DNA of 61,018 nt, filler included, from Nemertoderma westbladi (taxonomy: Eukaryota > Animalia > Xenacoelomorpha): NCBI GenBank assembly GCA_032718475.1. It is 3 parts of 3 records of this genome, joined end to end, with 100 filler letters (N's around TTAATTAATTAA, not from the genome) between each part and the next. Parts side by side here need not be neighbours in the genome. Positions count along the whole stretch, not along the records: positions 1 to 19,590 come from JAUCBJ010004534.1; 2 more parts are not named here. One strand, given 5' to 3'. Below the pieces are notes generated by a model, which did not search any database, had not been told where the DNA came from, and saw only the letters and a program-made list of their open reading frames with translations. The position numbers and the translations under genes are program-made. Of this stretch, positions 1 to 13,494 are shown piece by piece (position 1 is the stretch's first letter; every line of letters starts with the position of its first letter).

Positions 1-123
1 CCCAATTTATGAATTAAATTAATACAATGCAAAAACACCGCAACTGATAGACATCTGATAGATTTACTCGAAATGACTTTTTTGCTTTCTTTTTACATTG
101 CACGGCTCAATATATACAACAAA

Positions 124-1797
124 TACAACTACCCTGCCTGCCTCTCCTCTGTTACAAACACAACTACCCTGCCTGCCTCTCCTCTGTTACAAACACAACT
201 ACCCTGCCTGCCTCTCCTCTGTTACAAACACAACTACCCTGCCTGCCTCTCCTCTGTTACAAACACAACTACCCTGCCTGCCTCTCATCTGTTACAAACA
301 CAACTACCCTGCCTGCCTCTCCTCTGTTACAAACACAACTACCCTGCCTGCCTCTCCTCTGTTACAAACACAACTACCCTGCCTGCCTCTCCTCTGTTAC
401 AAACACAACTACCCTGCCTGCCTCTCCTCTGTTACAAACACAACTACCCTGCCTGCCTCTCCTCTGTTACAAACACAACTACCCTGCCTGCCTCTCCTCT
501 GTTACAAACACAACTACCCTGCCTGCCTCTCCTCTGTTACAAACACAACTACCCTGCCTGCCTCTCCTCTGTTACAAACACAACTACCCTGCCTGCCTCT
601 CCTCTGTTACAAACACAACTACCCTGCCTGCCTCTCCTCTGTTACAAACACAACTACCCTGCCTGCCTCTCCTCTGTTACAAACACAACTACCCTGCCTG
701 CCTCTCCTCTGTTACAAACACAACTACCCTGCCTGCCTCTCCTCTGTTACAAACACAACTACCCTGCCTGCCTCTCCTCTGTTACAAACACAACTACCCT
801 GCCTGCCTCTCCTCTGTTACAAACACAACTACCCTGCCTGCCTCTCCTCTGTTACAAACACAACTACCCTGCCTGCCTCTCCTCTGTTACAAACACAACT
901 ACCCTGCCTGCCTCTCCTCTGTTACAAACACAACTACCCTGCCTGCCTCTCCTCTGTTACAAACACAACTACCCTGCCTGCCTCTCCTCTGTTACAAACA
1001 CAACTACCCTGCCTGCCTCTCCTCTGTTACAAACACAACTACCCTGCCTGCCTCTCCTCTGTTACAAACACAACTAACCCTGCCTGCCTCTCCTCTGTTA
1101 CAAACACAACTACCCTGCCTGCCTCTCCTCTGTTACAAAACACAACTACCCTGCCTGCCTCTCCTCTGTTACAAACACAACTACCCTGCCTGCCTCTCCT
1201 CTGTTACAAACACAACTACCCCGCCTGCCTCTCCTCTGTTACAAACACAACTACCCAGCCTGCCTCTCCTCTGTTACAAACACAACTACCCTGCCTGACT
1301 CTCCTCTGTTACAAACACAACTACCCTGCCTGCCTCTCCTCTGTTACAAACACAACTACCCTGCCTGCCTCTCCTCTGTTACAAACACAACTACCCTGCC
1401 TGCCTCTCCTCTGTTACAAACACAACTACCCTGCCTGCCTCTCCTCTGTTACAAACACAACTACCCTGCCTGCCTCTCCTCTGTTACAAACACAATTACC
1501 CTGCCTGACTCTCCTCTGTTACAAACACAACTACCCTGCCTGACTCTCCTCTGTTACAAACACAACTACCCTGCCTGCCTCTCCTCTGTTACAAACACAA
1601 CTACCCTGCCTGCCTCTCCTCTGTTACAAACACAACTACCCTGCCTGCCTCTCCTCTGTTACAAACACAACTACCCTGCCTGCCTCTCCTCTGTTACAAA
1701 CACAACTACCCTGCCTGCCTCTCCTCTGTTACAAACACAACTACCCTGCCTGCCTCTCCTCTGTTACAAACACAACTACCCTGCCTGCCTCTCCTCT
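124..1797. repeat. Tandem minisatellite, 35-bp unit (ACAACTACCCTGCCTGCCTCTCCTCTGTTACAAAC), ~48 copies
   Basis: 35-bp periodicity (e.g. caactaccct at 126 and 161); ORF translations repeat every 35 aa. Confidence 0.98.
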
Positions 1798-2630
1798 ATT
1801 ATATTATGTAACTATTGAGGCGGCCTTCTCTCGGTAATTTTTAGTTGTTTACATATTTTGGTACTAACACACCTACCGGTAAGGTTTTTTACTTAACGTG
1901 CTTGATAAATAAATAAATATAATTCCTATTTATAGTGTATTTATATTAGTATATTATTCTGCTATTATTCATAATTTTAATACTTATACAGTATATATAC
2001 AATAATACAATACTACATTCTGTATAATACATATAGTATAATACTTAATTTTAATTTCATACTACAGTAATATTGAAGTATTATGCCACATTTCATAATA
2101 TTATACCACCATCAATATTAATACCCATGGATGTGCGTGCATGTACATGTACAAGCACGATGTGTATGAGGATGTGCATGTACAAGCACAGTGAAGAAAC
2201 TCGCACAAAGCTTTTATTCTTTTACAAAATATTTTCCGATACAGTAGGCTACTCGTTTCCTTTACTGACCTCGTTACGCTCGTCCTGTTCGTCTGGTCGC
2301 AAAAATATGTTGCCTATAGCTTCAACAATCCCCTTATAGTATTGATCTAAACGATATATTGTTCATTTAAGATACTTGATAGTAACAATGTGTTGGCAAG
2401 CTGTATTTTTCGAGGTATTTGTTATTTTACATTTATTATATAGGAAGGGATCTAGGGGTCTTAACCTCGAACTATAAGTTTATTTTACCGAAAATAACTT
2501 ATCTTTTATTGGCGCAATTATAGGACTAATCCCATCACATGCGTACTTTTTAACCGGGTATTGTACAAATTTAGGAATCGCGTAATTTTCGGGGCGGCTG
2601 GCTTTGAAATTAATACTCCATATCTCAAGA

Positions 2631-2691
2631 ACCTGTGGCCTAGTGGTTGTAGTCTCGGCTTCCATCTCGAGGTCCCTGGTTTGAATCCGAC
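2631..2691 (+). promoter_or_regulatory. tRNA-derived Pol III internal promoter (SINE-like head; Gly-TCC-like loop)
   Basis: A-box TGGCCTAGTGG at 2636-2646, loop CTTCCAT, B-box-like GGTTTGAATCC at 2678-2688; no acceptor stem. Confidence 0.7.
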
Positions 2692-2734
2692 ACCACGCTG
2701 ATGAGACCCAGTAAGGTCGACACGCGTACGTGGT
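2692..2734 (+). ncRNA. Minimal type I hammerhead ribozyme (core variant GACA instead of GAAA)
   Basis: Stem I ACCACG/CGTGGT, CTGATGA, stem II GACC-cagtaa-GGTC, GACA, palindromic mini-stem III ACGCGT, GTA cleavage triplet. Confidence 0.8.
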
Positions 2735-3446
2735 TTGGAGAGATATTAATTTCAAGAAAAATAACGCGATTCCTAAATTTGTACAATACCCGGTTAAAAA
2801 GTACGCATGTGATGGGATTAGTCCTACAATTGCGCCAATAAAAGATAAGTTATTTTCGGTAAAATAAACTTATCATTCGAGGTTAAGACCCCTAGATCCC
2901 TTCCTATATAATAAATTTAAGATACTGGATAGTTTGCATGGAGATAGCCCATTCTGCCGTGTAAAAAGACCGCAAGTCACAAAAAGTCATTTCTACGTCA
3001 TTTTTTAGACCCAGAAAAAGTGAAAATGTGAATTTTGGAAAAATGCGACTTACATTCTTTTTACATTGCATGGCAGCATTGCTCGTATCCATTACAACCC
3101 TCGCTGCGCTCGTCCTGTTTAGTTTGAAGTCTCCAAACTGCATGTTAGATTGTTTAGAAGTAGGGCTGTAATGTCAACAACGTCTTCCTCGTTCCCATTA
3201 CTATCATCTTTGCGCTTGTTCTATTTCGTCTGAGAATATATTGTGTTATAAGCTTAGATTGACGGCCTTTATACCAAGTCTTGAAATTGTGAGTATCTGT
3301 TGGTTTATGTCAGATGGACATACATACAGTACTGTAACATACTGTAGACCTACATACAAAATATTTGATAAATTTTTTTGATATTGTAATAAGTTGAATA
3401 ATAAACGGAAAATCTGAGAAAGCGCGTCACCGGGTTTGAACTTGTC

Positions 3447-3492
3447 AGCGCTATACGTACGTTTCGGCCTATCAGGCCTCTTCAGTAGCGCT
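3447..3492 (-). ncRNA. Canonical minimal type I hammerhead ribozyme
   Basis: Minus strand reads AGCGCTA-CTGAAGA-GGCC-tgata-GGCC-GAAAC-gtac-GTA-TAGCGCT; all core nucleotides and three stems present. Confidence 0.92.
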
Positions 3493-4703
3493 AAATAGGT
3501 TCAGCCACTCTCCCCTGACATTCACCTATGTATTTATTCCCTTTCTATTGAACAGGCAGTCTTTAGTTGCATATCCTATCTCTAATAGCGGACCTACCGG
3601 CCTCAAGTATGTTAGAGTGAAATCGGAGGGAAGTACAAATAAATATTCAGCTCGTGTATTTCTGCCTGGTAATATTAATATTAATTAAATAAACGAATTG
3701 TAGTTGAGCTGTTAATGAAACTAATTAATTATATTTTAATAAGTTGTTCAGAAATGGACAGTTCGTATCCAGAATTTTTTGACGGTTGACAAAATTTTTA
3801 CACTGCCGAATACTAGGCAAGGCAGTGTAGCCACTACATTGTAATATTAATTAAGAAATTAAGCATAGCAAATGGACACCGGTGATACAGTAATAAACAT
3901 AATAAAAAAATATTAAAGAGATTGATTCGGTGTCCTTGAAATCCTTTTATCGGTGAGTTTTATTTACCTGTAGTTCTGAATTTCTCATAAATTCTCTTCA
4001 GCCCTCAAAGATGAAATTAACCATTCGTAACCCAGTTTATTCAATTATTCAATATTTCAATTTTATATTATTATTACAAAGCTTGCGTTGCAAGGATTCC
4101 AAATATGTAACAATATCTGACTTTTGTAGAGAAACAGCTGAGATGCGTTATTTTTAAAGATTGCAAAGATTATCGTTGCTGGAATGTAACAGGCCAGTGT
4201 AAACTTAATTAATTCCCCATTAAATCGCCACATTTTCTTTTTAATTAATTATACTGGATCATCACTAATTTGCTACTTACTATTAGCTACTCTTTTATGA
4301 TTTGCAAAATATATTTTCAGACATTTTCTGCGCATTAACAAGGTAATATAGAATCCAACAAATATGTTTCAGAATGACTGAGAGTTACATTTGGGTTTTC
4401 TGCTCGATTAACTCGACTATAATGTGAATCCCAGATTCTATTATTAAAATAAATATGTAAAACAACCCTATTGATGTTTCCCTAGAAATATATATTCTAG
4501 AATTATTGTTATTCTAGTAAGCTTATTTTGTATGAAATGCTTCTGCTCTGCAGCTGTACATTACAGCAGCTACCGGTTAAACAAATACGTATTGAACGTT
4601 AGTTTAATAATTATTTCAAGGAATTTCATTATTATTGCAGCTACACTATACATAATAAACAGTAGCTTACATAATATCCAGCTGAATTGAATACTGTACG
4701 TAC

Positions 4704-4797
4704 CGTACAGACAGTAGCATCTATAGTAACCCGTTGAAGCAGTGATCATATCTACCGACCTACCAGAATGAATGTTCAAGTTGCTTTTATCGTCTAT
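4704..4797 (-). CDS. Possible exon encoding the C-terminal half of an Ig-like domain
   Basis: tttaacag acceptor, open frame IDDKSNLNIHSGRSVDMITASTGYYRCYCLY with GxYxC motif, GTACGT donor; no partner exons identified. Confidence 0.3.
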
Positions 4798-6477
4798 CTG
4801 TTAAAGGATCTTCTGATATGTAAGTTTTCATTATAAATCTACAAAATATATATAAGACCATCTTTAAATGCCAGATTTTCAGCATTCGTAGGTGAATATT
4901 TAATGATGAACTTAAATAGGAAATGGGCTATTTAGAACAGTTAGATAAGGCGTATTGATGTACAACCGTAATTAGATAGGGAAATAAAATATACAAGTTC
5001 GTTTATATTGAGTCAATTTTATACAGTATGTAGCCCTATTTACGTAATTTTTTTAATAAAACCCTAATATATTAAATTGCGGTGGCAAACTTCCATAAAA
5101 CAAATTATGAATTTGCCGTTTTTTAATACCTACCGGTATTGAATCTGATACCTATTTGTGACAATTTTATTTAAATTTCCCTATAAATCAATGTTTGTGC
5201 TAAAATAACGCCTAAATTGTGCTTTTAATAATCGCCAAATTAAGTTAAGGTGATTATGTGCTTCTGCTCACTATGGTTGGTCGAAAATCCAGCTGAGACA
5301 ACCCTGGATATCGCCTGACCATGTGAGTTTTTAGACATTGCGTCATTCTTACAGTTTAGCCATCTTGAATATTTGTAATTTTGTTGATTTTGATTTCGTT
5401 GATTGTAAAATTGCTGCTTTTCTTCTGTGATTTGTGACTTTGGAAATGACTACTGCTTAGTGTGACTCTTGATTATTTCTCTTATTGTTAATAATAATTG
5501 CTGCAATGTAGTGAATCTAAATCAACGATTTCCTTCGACTGTCAGACTGTTTTGCTATGCTTACGCCGATACGGTAACTGCTTACTCTAGCATGTTGGGC
5601 TAAGGCGTCGCGGGCTCACAATCAGAAGCGACGGAAGGAAGGGCGGAGGATCCAATGTGCGGCAGCGCTGGCAGAGGCCGGTAGTTGCGGTCGGGTGAAT
5701 CAAAGTGGAATACCAGGGGTCGGTCGTCATTACGGCTGTTAAGGGGCTGGTGACCAAGATTGCGTCTCCTAGTGTTAGTGGGTTTAGATACAGTAGGTAT
5801 GGCCATATTTAGCTTGGGTGTCCTTAGCTACTTACACTAACGCTACTAACGCTATTGACGCTACACTAATGCTAACGCGGCTTTATGTTGTATTGTTTAG
5901 AAAGTGCCTAATTCTTGACCATAACTTTGTATGAAGGTCAATGGAAGATTTGTAATTATGAATAAAAATAAAAAAATTCAAATTTTTCAAAAATTCGGAA
6001 AAATATTGATAAATATTGACAAATTTTTGTACAAAAATCCAAAAACCTTCAGCAGATTCAATCTTGAGTATTTTTCTTTCTAATTTTTCAAATCGCATCA
6101 AAAATGTTTGTATGCTCTTTCGATATCTCGAAGCAAAATTTCGAAAATTAATTAACAATTGTCAGTTTGATGCTGTTTTTTGTTTTGTTTATTGTTTAAT
6201 TTTGACAAATTAAAAATTATCAATATTTTATTCAATTTTGGCCATTTATTTGTATATAGGAATGAAACAATCATAATTAGAGATCGAGATATCTGAAGAG
6301 AGCACATCAGAGAACCCCTCTGAGCAAACCTTTTGAAAATTTATTGAAAATTGAATTATCTTAAGCTTTTTCTAGGCCAGAAAATACCATTCCGAGATAA
6401 TAACCTTTAAAATTTGAACCTTTCCGCGCAAAAATTGTATGTTAATATGTGAGAAAGTCAGTCAATATACAGTATAT

Positions 6478-7954
6478 CCCTGTTGAAAATTCATAGTACA
6501 TTTCCTAAGATTTGCAAGTTCCTTGCTATCAGTTTATTACACTTGTCAAAATATGTTTAGTAACAAAAATTTGGTAAACTTAATAGAGCATGTAAGTTAT
6601 TTCTTTAGTTTTAATAAATATTGCAAGTGTTACTTTGCTCTCTTATATTTTGCAGGTACTTGCCATGTTCCTGCAAAGTATTGCATATATGCAGATATAG
6701 GCTTACTGCAGTACTGTTAGTTGTTGGGCGAGCTTGTACTTGCCTGAGTCTAGGCATAACAATGTCACTGTATTACATACAACAGTTCAGTAGTTTCAGT
6801 GGGGCCTGCCAGTTGTCAGGTCTGAATGCAGCTATCCCAGGTAGCACATGACGTCCACGAAAGAAATTAAACGTTCATATTTGGTACTTTTTTCCTGCGA
6901 ATCTGAACATCTATGAAATATTGTTTAATATAGGTAAAAAATGCTGACGTTGTTAGTAATATATCAAATTGGGACATTGACATTAGGTAATTTAACGTCC
7001 TAACTGGATCGAAATTGAATATGAACCAAAACAAACGAATATTTAGCATTCCTATTACATTATTCAGTTTTGCGTTCATTTTTGGTGATTTAATGAGTGA
7101 TTCCTCTGATTACCAAAGCTGCTATGTTAGAAAGAAATAAGAAAAGAAAATAATGAAGAAAGAAAGCCGAAAATTTTTGTTTTGTTTAAACCAAATACCA
7201 TTAAATTTTGTTGAGATAAAGCAGATATATGGGTGTTGGAATGTTCAAGCTATTAATATCGCAAGATAGATTTTTTTAATCGCAAAACATTATTTTTTAA
7301 TTTTACAGTTTTCTTATGCTTCAATTGCTTTTGTGTATTATTTACATTTTTGAATAGATATAAAATGTCAAATGACCTATTACAAGGTCTTAAAGTTAAT
7401 AAATTGTCGCAGATTTATCAATATGAATATTCTATTTTGTCTGAAATTATAATAAATTATATTAATCTAACTAATCGAATACGAATATGTGGGTCTTCAC
7501 CAAAAGATATCAAGGATACTCTCATATCACTATGGATTAAATATTTTCATATATACTCTGCTGTTTCCTGTTCTAAATGTATAGGGTATTGTAGGTGTAG
7601 GCCTGTAGAATGTAGGGTGTAGGGATTGGATAAGGTACCCCCCCCCCCCCCCCCCCACACACTCCCCTCCCATCTACACAGAACACGCACACACATGCAC
7701 AGTGCAGTGATTGGTCAGTCTCACGTTTGAGTTTTATATTATAATTTGCATTGATAAATTTATATTTACTTTCTATTTACATGACATACTGTTTACAATT
7801 ACCAAGTGCCTAATTAAAACTTTACATTCATAGAAAGATTTGGCTTATTAAGTGATATACTTTACATATCTTGGCAAGTACTTGTTAAGAAGATAACAAG
7901 TAACAAGTAGACTTTACAAGTACTTAGTATGTGTAGCAGGGATTTTCAACAGGG
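6478..7954. mobile_element. Non-autonomous DNA transposon (MITE) with CCCTGTTGAAAAT termini
   Basis: CCCTGTTGAAAAT at 6478 and ATTTTCAACAGGG ending 7954; imperfect similarity extends inward; AT on both flanks. Confidence 0.7.
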
Positions 7955-7959
7955 ATCTA

Positions 7960-8540
7960 TCAGCAAGAAAGCATAAAACCACGCTAAGAATTTTGCTACG
8001 GGGTTTTCCTGGTCGCTGATTTTATTTCTGAGGTCAGTTTTCAATTTTAATGAAATCTAGTTTGTCTGTATGTCTGACTGTCGGTCTTTCTGACCATCCG
8101 ACTTATCTGTCTGTCAAATATTAGAAAAAGGCACAGCATTGAGCTAAAAGTTTAGCTATAGGGGATTTCCTGGTCGCAGAATTCATGTCGAGTGTCAATT
8201 TTAACATTTGATGACTTCCAAATTGTCAGTTTGACAGACAGACTGAAGGCATACAGACAGAACCGACGAGGCCAAGTTTGATTAATGACATCAGAAATGA
8301 AGTCACCGACCACGAAAACCCATACAGGGAATTTTTTAGACAGATCGTATGTTTTATATTGACGGACAGACATGCTGACGGACAAACCGACAGTAAAACG
8401 GACAGAAAGCATTATCTCGAGAAGTAGGACAGATCTTGGATCGGTTTTCAAATTTGGAATCTTGATAAAAATCTGCTCTAGATGAAATTAAAAAAAAATT
8501 TTGCAAAAATTTATTGAAGTAGCGCTACCGCGGCCTTAAG
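7960..8540. repeat. Dispersed repeat with internal inverted modules and GACA/CTGT microrepeats; related to 56660-57100
   Basis: GGGGTTTTCCTGGTCGCTGATTTTATTTCTGAGGT-like modules recur in both orientations here and near 56.7-57.0 kb. Confidence 0.5.
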
Positions 8541-10765
8541 TGGCCTTTTTTGATCAATAAGTCAATCGGGTTTATTGTTTTGCTGTTTTGGTATCCTCTG
8601 TTTGGCTTATAATTTAGAACGATTAGCTTGGTATGTTATAGCTTGATTAAAACTTGTTTCATTTGAAAATACGAACATTTCAATAGAAAAGACCACTTTC
8701 GGGGACTTTAACAGCGAACAGTCCTCAAGGTGATATCTTTTAACAATTATATTTCATGTTAGCTATTGTTAGGTAAAAAAATTATGTTCTAGAACAAATA
8801 TTTTTTGTTCTAGAACATTTTTATATAAAATAAAATTTATTAAAAATTTATTATTATTCTGTAATAAATTGTTTATTTATCTATAAACATTAAAAAATAC
8901 ATATTATCAGGCTAGCTAGTGATTTTCCAAATTAGCTATTATTTAAAAAAAATCAAATAAAAAAAATTTCTTAAAAAATAGTAATTATGTGTAATAAATA
9001 GTTAATTTATCTATAAACATTTAACATTTAAAAAAAAAATACAAATTATTAGGGTAGATAGTGATTTTCCAGGTTAGCTATTATTAAAATAAAAATGTTT
9101 TTTCAAAATTATATACTTTTCTTTTATACTATTCTTTGGAAATCTCAATAATATTTGGATCGGCACTACTACAGTATGTGTTGTGTACCCATGATCGGGA
9201 TCTATTTGTAGTCTTAGCTAGTTTTTGTTACTTTATTTTATTTTTTTTTAAAATCTGCCTGCTGATCCAGCAATAGGATGGGGTGACCCCATCCTAGAAG
9301 AATTCTATCAGCAAACTCTAATCTGTTGGCCAATAACTAAGCAGTTTATGCCGTTTAATTACTTTAGATCAATTAAAAACACATTTAATAAAGCAAATCA
9401 CTTGAACTAATTGAAAACTAAAATGGAATGGGGTATGGGGATTACATCTGTATAATTTTTAAATATAATTATTGAAATCTTATACGATAAAATAATTAAT
9501 ACCTAATTAACTGCATTTATCTTAGCTTCTCGAAGGCCACACGTAAATTCTACTTGGAAAATGTCTAAACTTTTACCAAACAACATGTGTGTACCAAGTT
9601 TGGATAGATTGCATCAAGGATTGGCCGAGTTATTAATGTTTAAAATTGAACACTGCAAAAAAACATCGACAGAACGACAGGTTGATTAATGGTACCCCTA
9701 CGCTAAGGCTCACTCACTTCGTGGCTCGCCCCACATCACCTGGGGTTTGGAAGTTGTGTATTCCCAAACCCCATACGGTCACAGCACTGAGTTCTTTATC
9801 ACAACTGCTGATCTCTGATTGGTTCTTAATTCAGGTTGAATTACACTGCCAGTGCCGAGACTCTATGGGGTTTGTAAATAATATGCATCCAGGCCACACT
9901 ACAGCAATAATGCCTTTTGAGTAGAAAAAAAAAAACTAATGCCAAGTGCAACTATCTAATGACCGAATAAAATTTTATATTTACCGGTATAATACTTATT
10001 GACATTTACTGACACGTTCGTTGGGCCATCGCACAAGACGAGGGTCAGTTATTAGATACAGATTAAAATTGAGCAATTCTATCCCAAAATCGGTACTTAA
10101 GAAATTGATAGAGTTGATAGTTTTTGATAGAGGTTTCGCATTGATAGAGTTTTTATAGGATAGGATATTTAGTTTGCAGATAGGTGGGGAAACTGGACGC
10201 AATAAAATTTCATCCCTCTCCTGGGGAAATTCGACGCAAATAACAGCTGATGACTCTTAAAAATAAAACTGTAAGCTTTGCTATTGTGTTTAGTTTATTG
10301 TTTTGGTTAAAATAACTAAAATAACGTATCACTGTAACCCTACTTCCCTACTTTCTCACTTCCCTAAATTGAGAATTTAACATTGAGGCGGGATATTAAT
10401 TCGCCAAGGCGGGTTTTGCGTCCATCCCCCCCCCCCCCCCCCTCCCCCCCTGTCTATTAGTTTGTTAGGGTCAATTTCATTATTTGTTATTTAAAATTAA
10501 AATTTGAGAATATATATTCTCACATTCGGAAATAATTAAAATAAAATTTATTTAGTCAAGTCATTGTTATTATATTACCGGTAGGCCTATTCATTTTATA
10601 GGATAGTAGGAGCTGTAGGCTAAATACATACAGAGACTGCTGTACTGGTGTACTGCTGTACTGGTCTAAATACAAATATACCTGTGTACTGATTTTTGAT
10701 TTGTTTTATATAAACTATTAATCCTGTAACCCTACCCGTTGGCCGCTGCCCTGCTGCCCACAGGG

Positions 10766-12231
10766 ATGGGCGACGCTGAGGATTCCGATATTAGTTGTTC
10801 TCATATAGCGAACGATGTCCTGGCCTACATTTGGTGTGCTCATAACCGGGGAATGCACCCAATTTCAATAGTCACAGTCCTTGGACCGTGGCCTAGATTT
10901 TCGGACGCTCAGATGAAAGAAGCAAAGTCCGCTCTCTATACTAAGTTATGTTCGCTTTCTGACAGAAACGTCCAAAAGCAGGATTTTTCTAAAAATCGAC
11001 AACAGGGCGACTCGCTCCGACGTAATATCACCATGGACAGATGGATATTATCGCGATGTTTGAGTATCCCGGGTTTCTGAATTTATCCCCGAAGCCGATA
11101 TTTATTCCTCGCGATTTATCCACTATTCCTCCGTTTAGTACTACGGAATCTGACATTGTATTTCTTCTCAATAAGATTAGTGGTCTGCAGGACCGCGTGG
11201 CGGTACTTGAGAATGAGAGGAAGGTGGGTACAGACACGTCTACCCCTCCCCCCTCTCAAACGAAGGATTCCCATATTCAGGATCCATCTCCGGTTAATCC
11301 AACTGATAAGGGTACCGGTACTAGTACCGGTATCGGTAACTCTTCAAGCATACCCTTCGCCAATGCTGTACAAACATCCAATCCAGCACATTCTGACACG
11401 GACAAACGCCAACAGCGGCGAAAGCGTCGACCGGTCAATAAGAACAAAAACGTGGTTCGGGAGTCAGTCCCAGCTGCTGCGATTGCTGATGACTGCTCCA
11501 TCTCGTCTGATTCTGATTGCGTTGAAGTTGATTCTCAGCGACAAATTAATTACGGTAAGGGACGTGATTCTGTGCGAGGTATGGATAATCGTCCGTTTGT
11601 CAAAATCGGGAGGAACAACCGGCCAGCTAAACATCCAAATAATACTTCACGTAGTCAGTTTAATCGGTCTCGTGATGGTCGTGTAATTAGAGGTACCGGT
11701 AATGCTTCTAAGGCGGCATTCGACACAGTGGAACCCTTCCAAAAGCTGTTTCTTTCTGGCTGCGGTTTAAATGTTACCTCAGAGCAAATAGCCAAGTATC
11801 TACACGACTCGCTAGGTTTTAGTGTTAGATGCTACCCGATTGGAAGGAACACGAATAAAACCTACAAATCATTCATTATATCGTGTAGAGCTGGTGAGGT
11901 CGACGCGATGTTTAATGGTGACCTCTGGCCCGAGTATTCTACTCTAAGCTACTTTGAGTTGAGACCTCGGGTATCGGGCAGCTCAGCTCGGAAATCTACT
12001 CCAGTTATTAACCCGACACAACGCGAACCGGAGGGTGCCGGAGTTGCCAACACAGCCGGAGACCATCCTCTCGATCGTACCGTATCTGTTGGATCCAACG
12101 GCCCCTTTACAACTGATCCGGTCTTATCTGATACGGAACCTGGTAAGCCCGGCGATATCAGTCATGTTGTAACTAACAATTTGGGTGACAACCGTTTCAC
12201 CCACCTACCTGATGATCCTCCCCAGGGCTAG
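10766..12231 (+). pseudogene. LINE ORF1 (frameshift near 11035)
   Basis: N-terminal NDVLAYI…FSDAQMKEAKSALY, coiled-coil stretch, C-terminal RRM-like LFLSG…YKSFIISC…LWPE. Confidence 0.75.
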
Positions 12232-12430
12232 GCACTCTATACCATATTTTTTATAAATGCGGGTATACCATCAATGTATTATATTTTATATATATATATA
12301 TGTTAATAATTATTTTATTTTTCGTACAACAAATTTGTAAAAATATAATTATTTTTTAAATAACGACTTTAATATGGCAATTACAGTCTCAATTGTTATA
12401 ATGTTGGTCCTAATGGCGTCTTTATCTAAT

Positions 12431-13494
12431 TGGTTCACGGTCCTTGACATAGGTGACCATTATTACCGTAATGTGTGTGTGTGTGTGTGTTAGTGTGTGT
12501 GTGTGTGTGTGTGTGTGTCCAGAGCGATATCTCAGTTATTTATTAATCAATCGAAACAAAATTTGGACAAAAGTTAGATATAGGGATGGCGAAGGCTCAT
12601 ACAAAAAATTGGGTGTCGAGATGGTATTTGTGCGATGTGAGCGCTATATTTGCGTGTTTTCGCATGGTTTAGGAAAAAGCTATCTTGTCATAGGGAACGC
12701 AATGAATGATTCTGATATTTGGCATGGAGGTACCTGAATTATTTGTAAATCGATTAACGGAGGCCGATTTTTAAATTTGGACCTACATTATGACCTAATT
12801 GAAGATTTAATTAAGGTAATTAATTAGCACTGCTAGTACTGTCTGATTGTCTGCCTGTAGTAGGCATACCGGACCGGTACTACCTGACCACTGTAGGCCT
12901 ATCTGCCTATCTTCATACTGTCATAGGTCAGTACAGCAGTAGGTCCTAGCCTAGCCCTAGCAGTAAATATAATATTTCGCCATGTTCGCAGGCGACTTCG
13001 CACTGACTACCAGTAGGCCTATGCAGCTATGCTATGAGATTAACCGTCCAGTCGTTCAGATGCATATGGTACCGGTACTGGAACGGGTTACGGTTTAATC
13101 CTGCATTTGTCAATTACGACAATACCGGTACGACTTTGAGTACCGCTGTACCGGTACGCGGTAGCCTACCGTTACCGGTTGACCGGTAGGCGTAGGCGGT
13201 AGACCTACGGTGCGATGGTAGCCAGCCGGTAGGTGGTAGGCTTACCGTACCGGTATAAATGTTGGCGGATGGCGGGATGACGTCGTGTGGCGCGTAATTA
13301 CTTACCGGTTGCCGGTAGACGCCTACCCAACTCGTAACTGGTGGTCGTGGTCGTGGTGGGATGAGCACAGGAGCATGAGGTCGCCTACGATGGGAACAAG
13401 TGAAAAGGAAACATAGGCCTACCCGAACGAAAACGTATTATTATTGTACTGATTAAGTAGGAGGACCGTGAACCTTCCAGGCTTGCCAGCTTGT
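12431..13494 (+). mobile_element. Helentron-associated / DINE-1-like non-autonomous element inserted in LINE ORF2
   Basis: Subterminal IR GGTTCACGGTCCT (12432) / AGGACCGTGAACC (13462), (GT)n microsatellite near the 5' end, short 3' hairpin, no TSD. Confidence 0.75.

Larger units (their letters stand above)
2431..2916. mobile_element. Non-autonomous long-TIR (MITE/foldback-like) element carrying a tRNA-like head plus hammerhead
   Basis: 2431-2590 is a near-perfect reverse complement of 2756-2916 (…TAGGAAGGGATCTAGGGGTC… / …GACCCCTAGATCCCTTCCTA…); TATA flanks both ends if the termini are TAG/CTA (2441/2906). Confidence 0.85.

Noticed and set aside
73-1543. 334-aa and 481-aa ORFs
   Set aside because: Read-through of a 35-bp tandem repeat; indels shift the frame freely
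2631-2691. Functional tRNA-Gly gene
   Set aside because: No acceptor stem and an imperfect T-loop; treated as a SINE-like head
3730-4345. Several short AG…GT segments resembling exons
   Set aside because: In-frame stops or weak donors; no coherent reading frame
5600-5806. GC-rich 68-aa minus-strand ORF
   Set aside because: No recognisable motif or convincing splice signals
10240-10282. CTGATGA…AAAAC…GTA, possible hammerhead
   Set aside because: Stem II and stem I cannot pair, and GAAA is absent
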